Below are positions 19,433-21,271 of a stretch of DNA of 21,271 nucleotides, in pieces. Both the position numbers and the translations under genes were made by a program. The notes under the pieces are model-generated. The model ran no database searches. It saw nothing but the letters and a program-made list of their open reading frames with translations, and was not told where the DNA came from. Origin of the DNA: Chiloscyllium plagiosum (taxonomy: Eukaryota). The stretch lies in assembly GCF_004010195.1 (NCBI RefSeq), contig NC_057719.1, forward strand, positions 15,868,844 through 15,890,114, read 5' to 3'. How positions within the stretch are numbered: the first letter of the stretch is position 1; each line of letters starts with the position of its first letter.

Positions 19433-20354
19433 TCATGGATGTGTTATGCATTTGCTGAGCAGTTTCTCACCAGGTACCATGGAGTTGTCAATAAGGTAGT
19501 TTATGGCTTGTTAAATGTCTTATTAACACTGCAACTCACCTTATTAATATTCAGCTTCCTATGTTAACAAACTCATTGAACAAGCTCAATGTTAAGTTAA
19601 AAAAAAAACTTGACATGGAAGTCAGTGCAGTTATCTGGCAACTTCAGCTCATTGCTAGCTGCGAAAAGCCTCCATGTTGCTCAGTAATAAAACTGTGTTC
19701 AGGATTTGATTCATGTCCACTGGGCACATGTATTCCTGATCCACTGAAATTGGCATCCACCAATTACCAACCCAATCGATTATCATGATACCCGTCCAAT
19801 CCCCTTGCATGTTGTTTAGGAAGCATAGACCTACATTGCAGGCAACTAACATTGCAAGACCGCTAAGGACTTTACATGCTGAGATATCCACCTCATGGAT
19901 TGTCTGGTGAACACCTTACTGCAAGAGGTCTGCAGCTGGCCGAGGGAAAAAAAGCCCCAGACTGCTGGCAGTTCAAGGACTGTTCAACCCTAGGCAAATG
20001 AGGACCCAGTGGCATTGATAATCAGAAACTTCATCCAATTGCACAGTCAGGAACAGGAACATCACACTAGTATTGGGGCGCAATGTCCCTAATTGCCCAG
20101 AAGCTGCGTAAGTGTAGTAAATCATGCACCCGTCTTTCTGCCTCCATGGTCAGGGGGCTGCCAGTGAGATGCATAAACCTGGTCTCCATCATCCCAGCCA
20201 ATGGTCCTTAGGACCAAACGCATGGTGGTACATGTAACCTAACACAATCCACAGGTGCCCTTTCCTCACAAAGAGACAAGGCAGTGCCAGGAAGCACCCA
20301 GCCAGAAGAGGAACCACTCACTACTGTCACAGGTAGGAATCAAAGAAAAAATTT

Positions 20355-20472
20355 TCTGGACTCAAAAGATTAACTCTGTTTCTGTCTCTACAGATGCTGT
20401 TAGACCTGTTTAGTTTTTCCAGCAGTTTCTGTTTTTATTTCAGATTTCCAGAATCTGCAGTATTTTGCTTTA
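20355..20472 (+). mobile_element. Old short PLE-terminus-derived repeat
   Basis: CAGATGCTGTTAGACCTGTTTAGTTTTTCCAGCAG...GATTTCCAGAATCTGCAGT is the reverse-orientation relative of the 17648 and 21145 repeats. Confidence 0.68.
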
Positions 20473-21144
20473 ATTTGGTCTTAGAAGGTCCTCCTTTGGG
20501 CTGCCTCACCTTTGGCATGAGTGACAGTAGTCTTAGCTAACAGGTGTAACAAACAAGGTGCTGTAGGAGAGGCACTGATGGTTAGATAGGTGATATCATC
20601 CTGAGAGAGGATAGTAAGTTCTTGTTCTAAAGTGCCACCATCTTTCTCTTGTTGTGGTGCTAGTGTAGTTCTTACATCTATTGGAGAATAGATGTTTATA
20701 ACACGCTACAAGTCTGTTTGAACACAGCTATAATGACTAATCTGAACCTTTGTGGCAGCAAGCTGAGTTTTGTCATCTGAATGGAATTGACCAATACGTG
20801 TAAGGCTGGGCAGGATGGTCCTCAAGTTCTTTCCACAGATCTGTGTCAATTTGATGCCATCTTCCTTCATGTGCTTTGGCATCAACTGAAAACTGCTGGC
20901 ATACTTGCCAATTGTTCAAATATTTTGTATTGACAATCAATATGGAACCACTTTCATGTTTTAATATATTTTAAACTTTAAACTTTTATGCTTTAAATCC
21001 CAGAGAATATGGGCATCAGTCGTAAGGGTATATATAATCTGATTTTCAATGTTATTGCATTTCAGAATCCCAAATTAGTTTTTATATACATCACAACAGA
21101 TCATCCAATATGAATTAGAGACCATATTGACATCATTTGAACTC

Positions 21145-21271
21145 AGGTAAAAACAATGACTGCAGATGCTGGAAACCAGATTCTGGATCAGTGGTGCTGG
21201 AAGAGCACAGCAATTCAGGCAGCATCCGAGGACAGGCAAAATCGACGTTTCGGGCAAAAGCCCTTCATCAG
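21145..21271 (-). mobile_element. PLE terminal repeat running off the window edge
   Basis: Homologous to 16342-16470 and 16952-17079 (ACTGCAGATGCTGGAA...GGTGCTGGAA...CAGGCAGCATCC...GCCCTTCATCAG). Confidence 0.85.
21242..21271 (-). ncRNA. Minimal hammerhead ribozyme motif, intact core (5' strand of stem I lies outside the window)
   Basis: CUGAUGA-A-GGGC(UUUU)GCCC-GAAAC-GUC-GA. Confidence 0.72.

Larger units (their letters stand above)
17800..20300 (+). mobile_element. Highly decayed Gypsy-type pol (RNase H then integrase), interrupted by PLE pieces
   Basis: VVADVPSTGLEAIL...YFASRSLIETES*YSINKKEALVVLWV*EK...VQSDHKS (RT-RNase H, about 17840-18065), KILQRFHGGITKCRVKA (integrase zinc region, about 18900-18955), and EPLMPSTLPAR...RGKTYILVV...LHSTTADAV (about 19040-19180). 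The right boundary is uncertain. Confidence 0.72.

Noticed and set aside
20480..21140. Possible further decayed retroelement coding sequence on the minus strand
   Set aside because: Only a faint LLPQRF-like motif near 20750 was seen, which is not enough to assign.

Overview
A eukaryotic, repeat-saturated window with a 299-nt assembly gap (619-917). The SINE and LINE types point to a cartilaginous fish, probably a shark (inference). No host gene is supportable. Most of the window is nested, decayed mobile DNA: several CR1-type LINE fragments, a Mutator/MULE DNA transposon, a SCAN-like-gag (Gmr1-type) Gypsy element with LTR and tRNA-Pro PBS, and an old, heavily deleted endogenous retrovirus (about 6.5-15.15 kb; paired LTRs, tRNA-Ser PBS, PPT, gag/PR/RT/RNase H/IN remnants). 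It also holds an HE1-type V-SINE, a second decayed Gypsy pol, and about a dozen Penelope-like (PLE) insertions. The signals most worth following up are: (i) about 13 minimal hammerhead-ribozyme motifs in PLE termini, four with intact cores; (ii) a TSD-bounded, non-coding composite at 16342-17178 in which hammerhead-bearing direct repeats flank captured cargo (retrozyme-like); and (iii) a probable five-level nesting series ERV > Gypsy > CR1 > MULE > mini-PLE. All family assignments come from motif recognition by eye; no database search was run.
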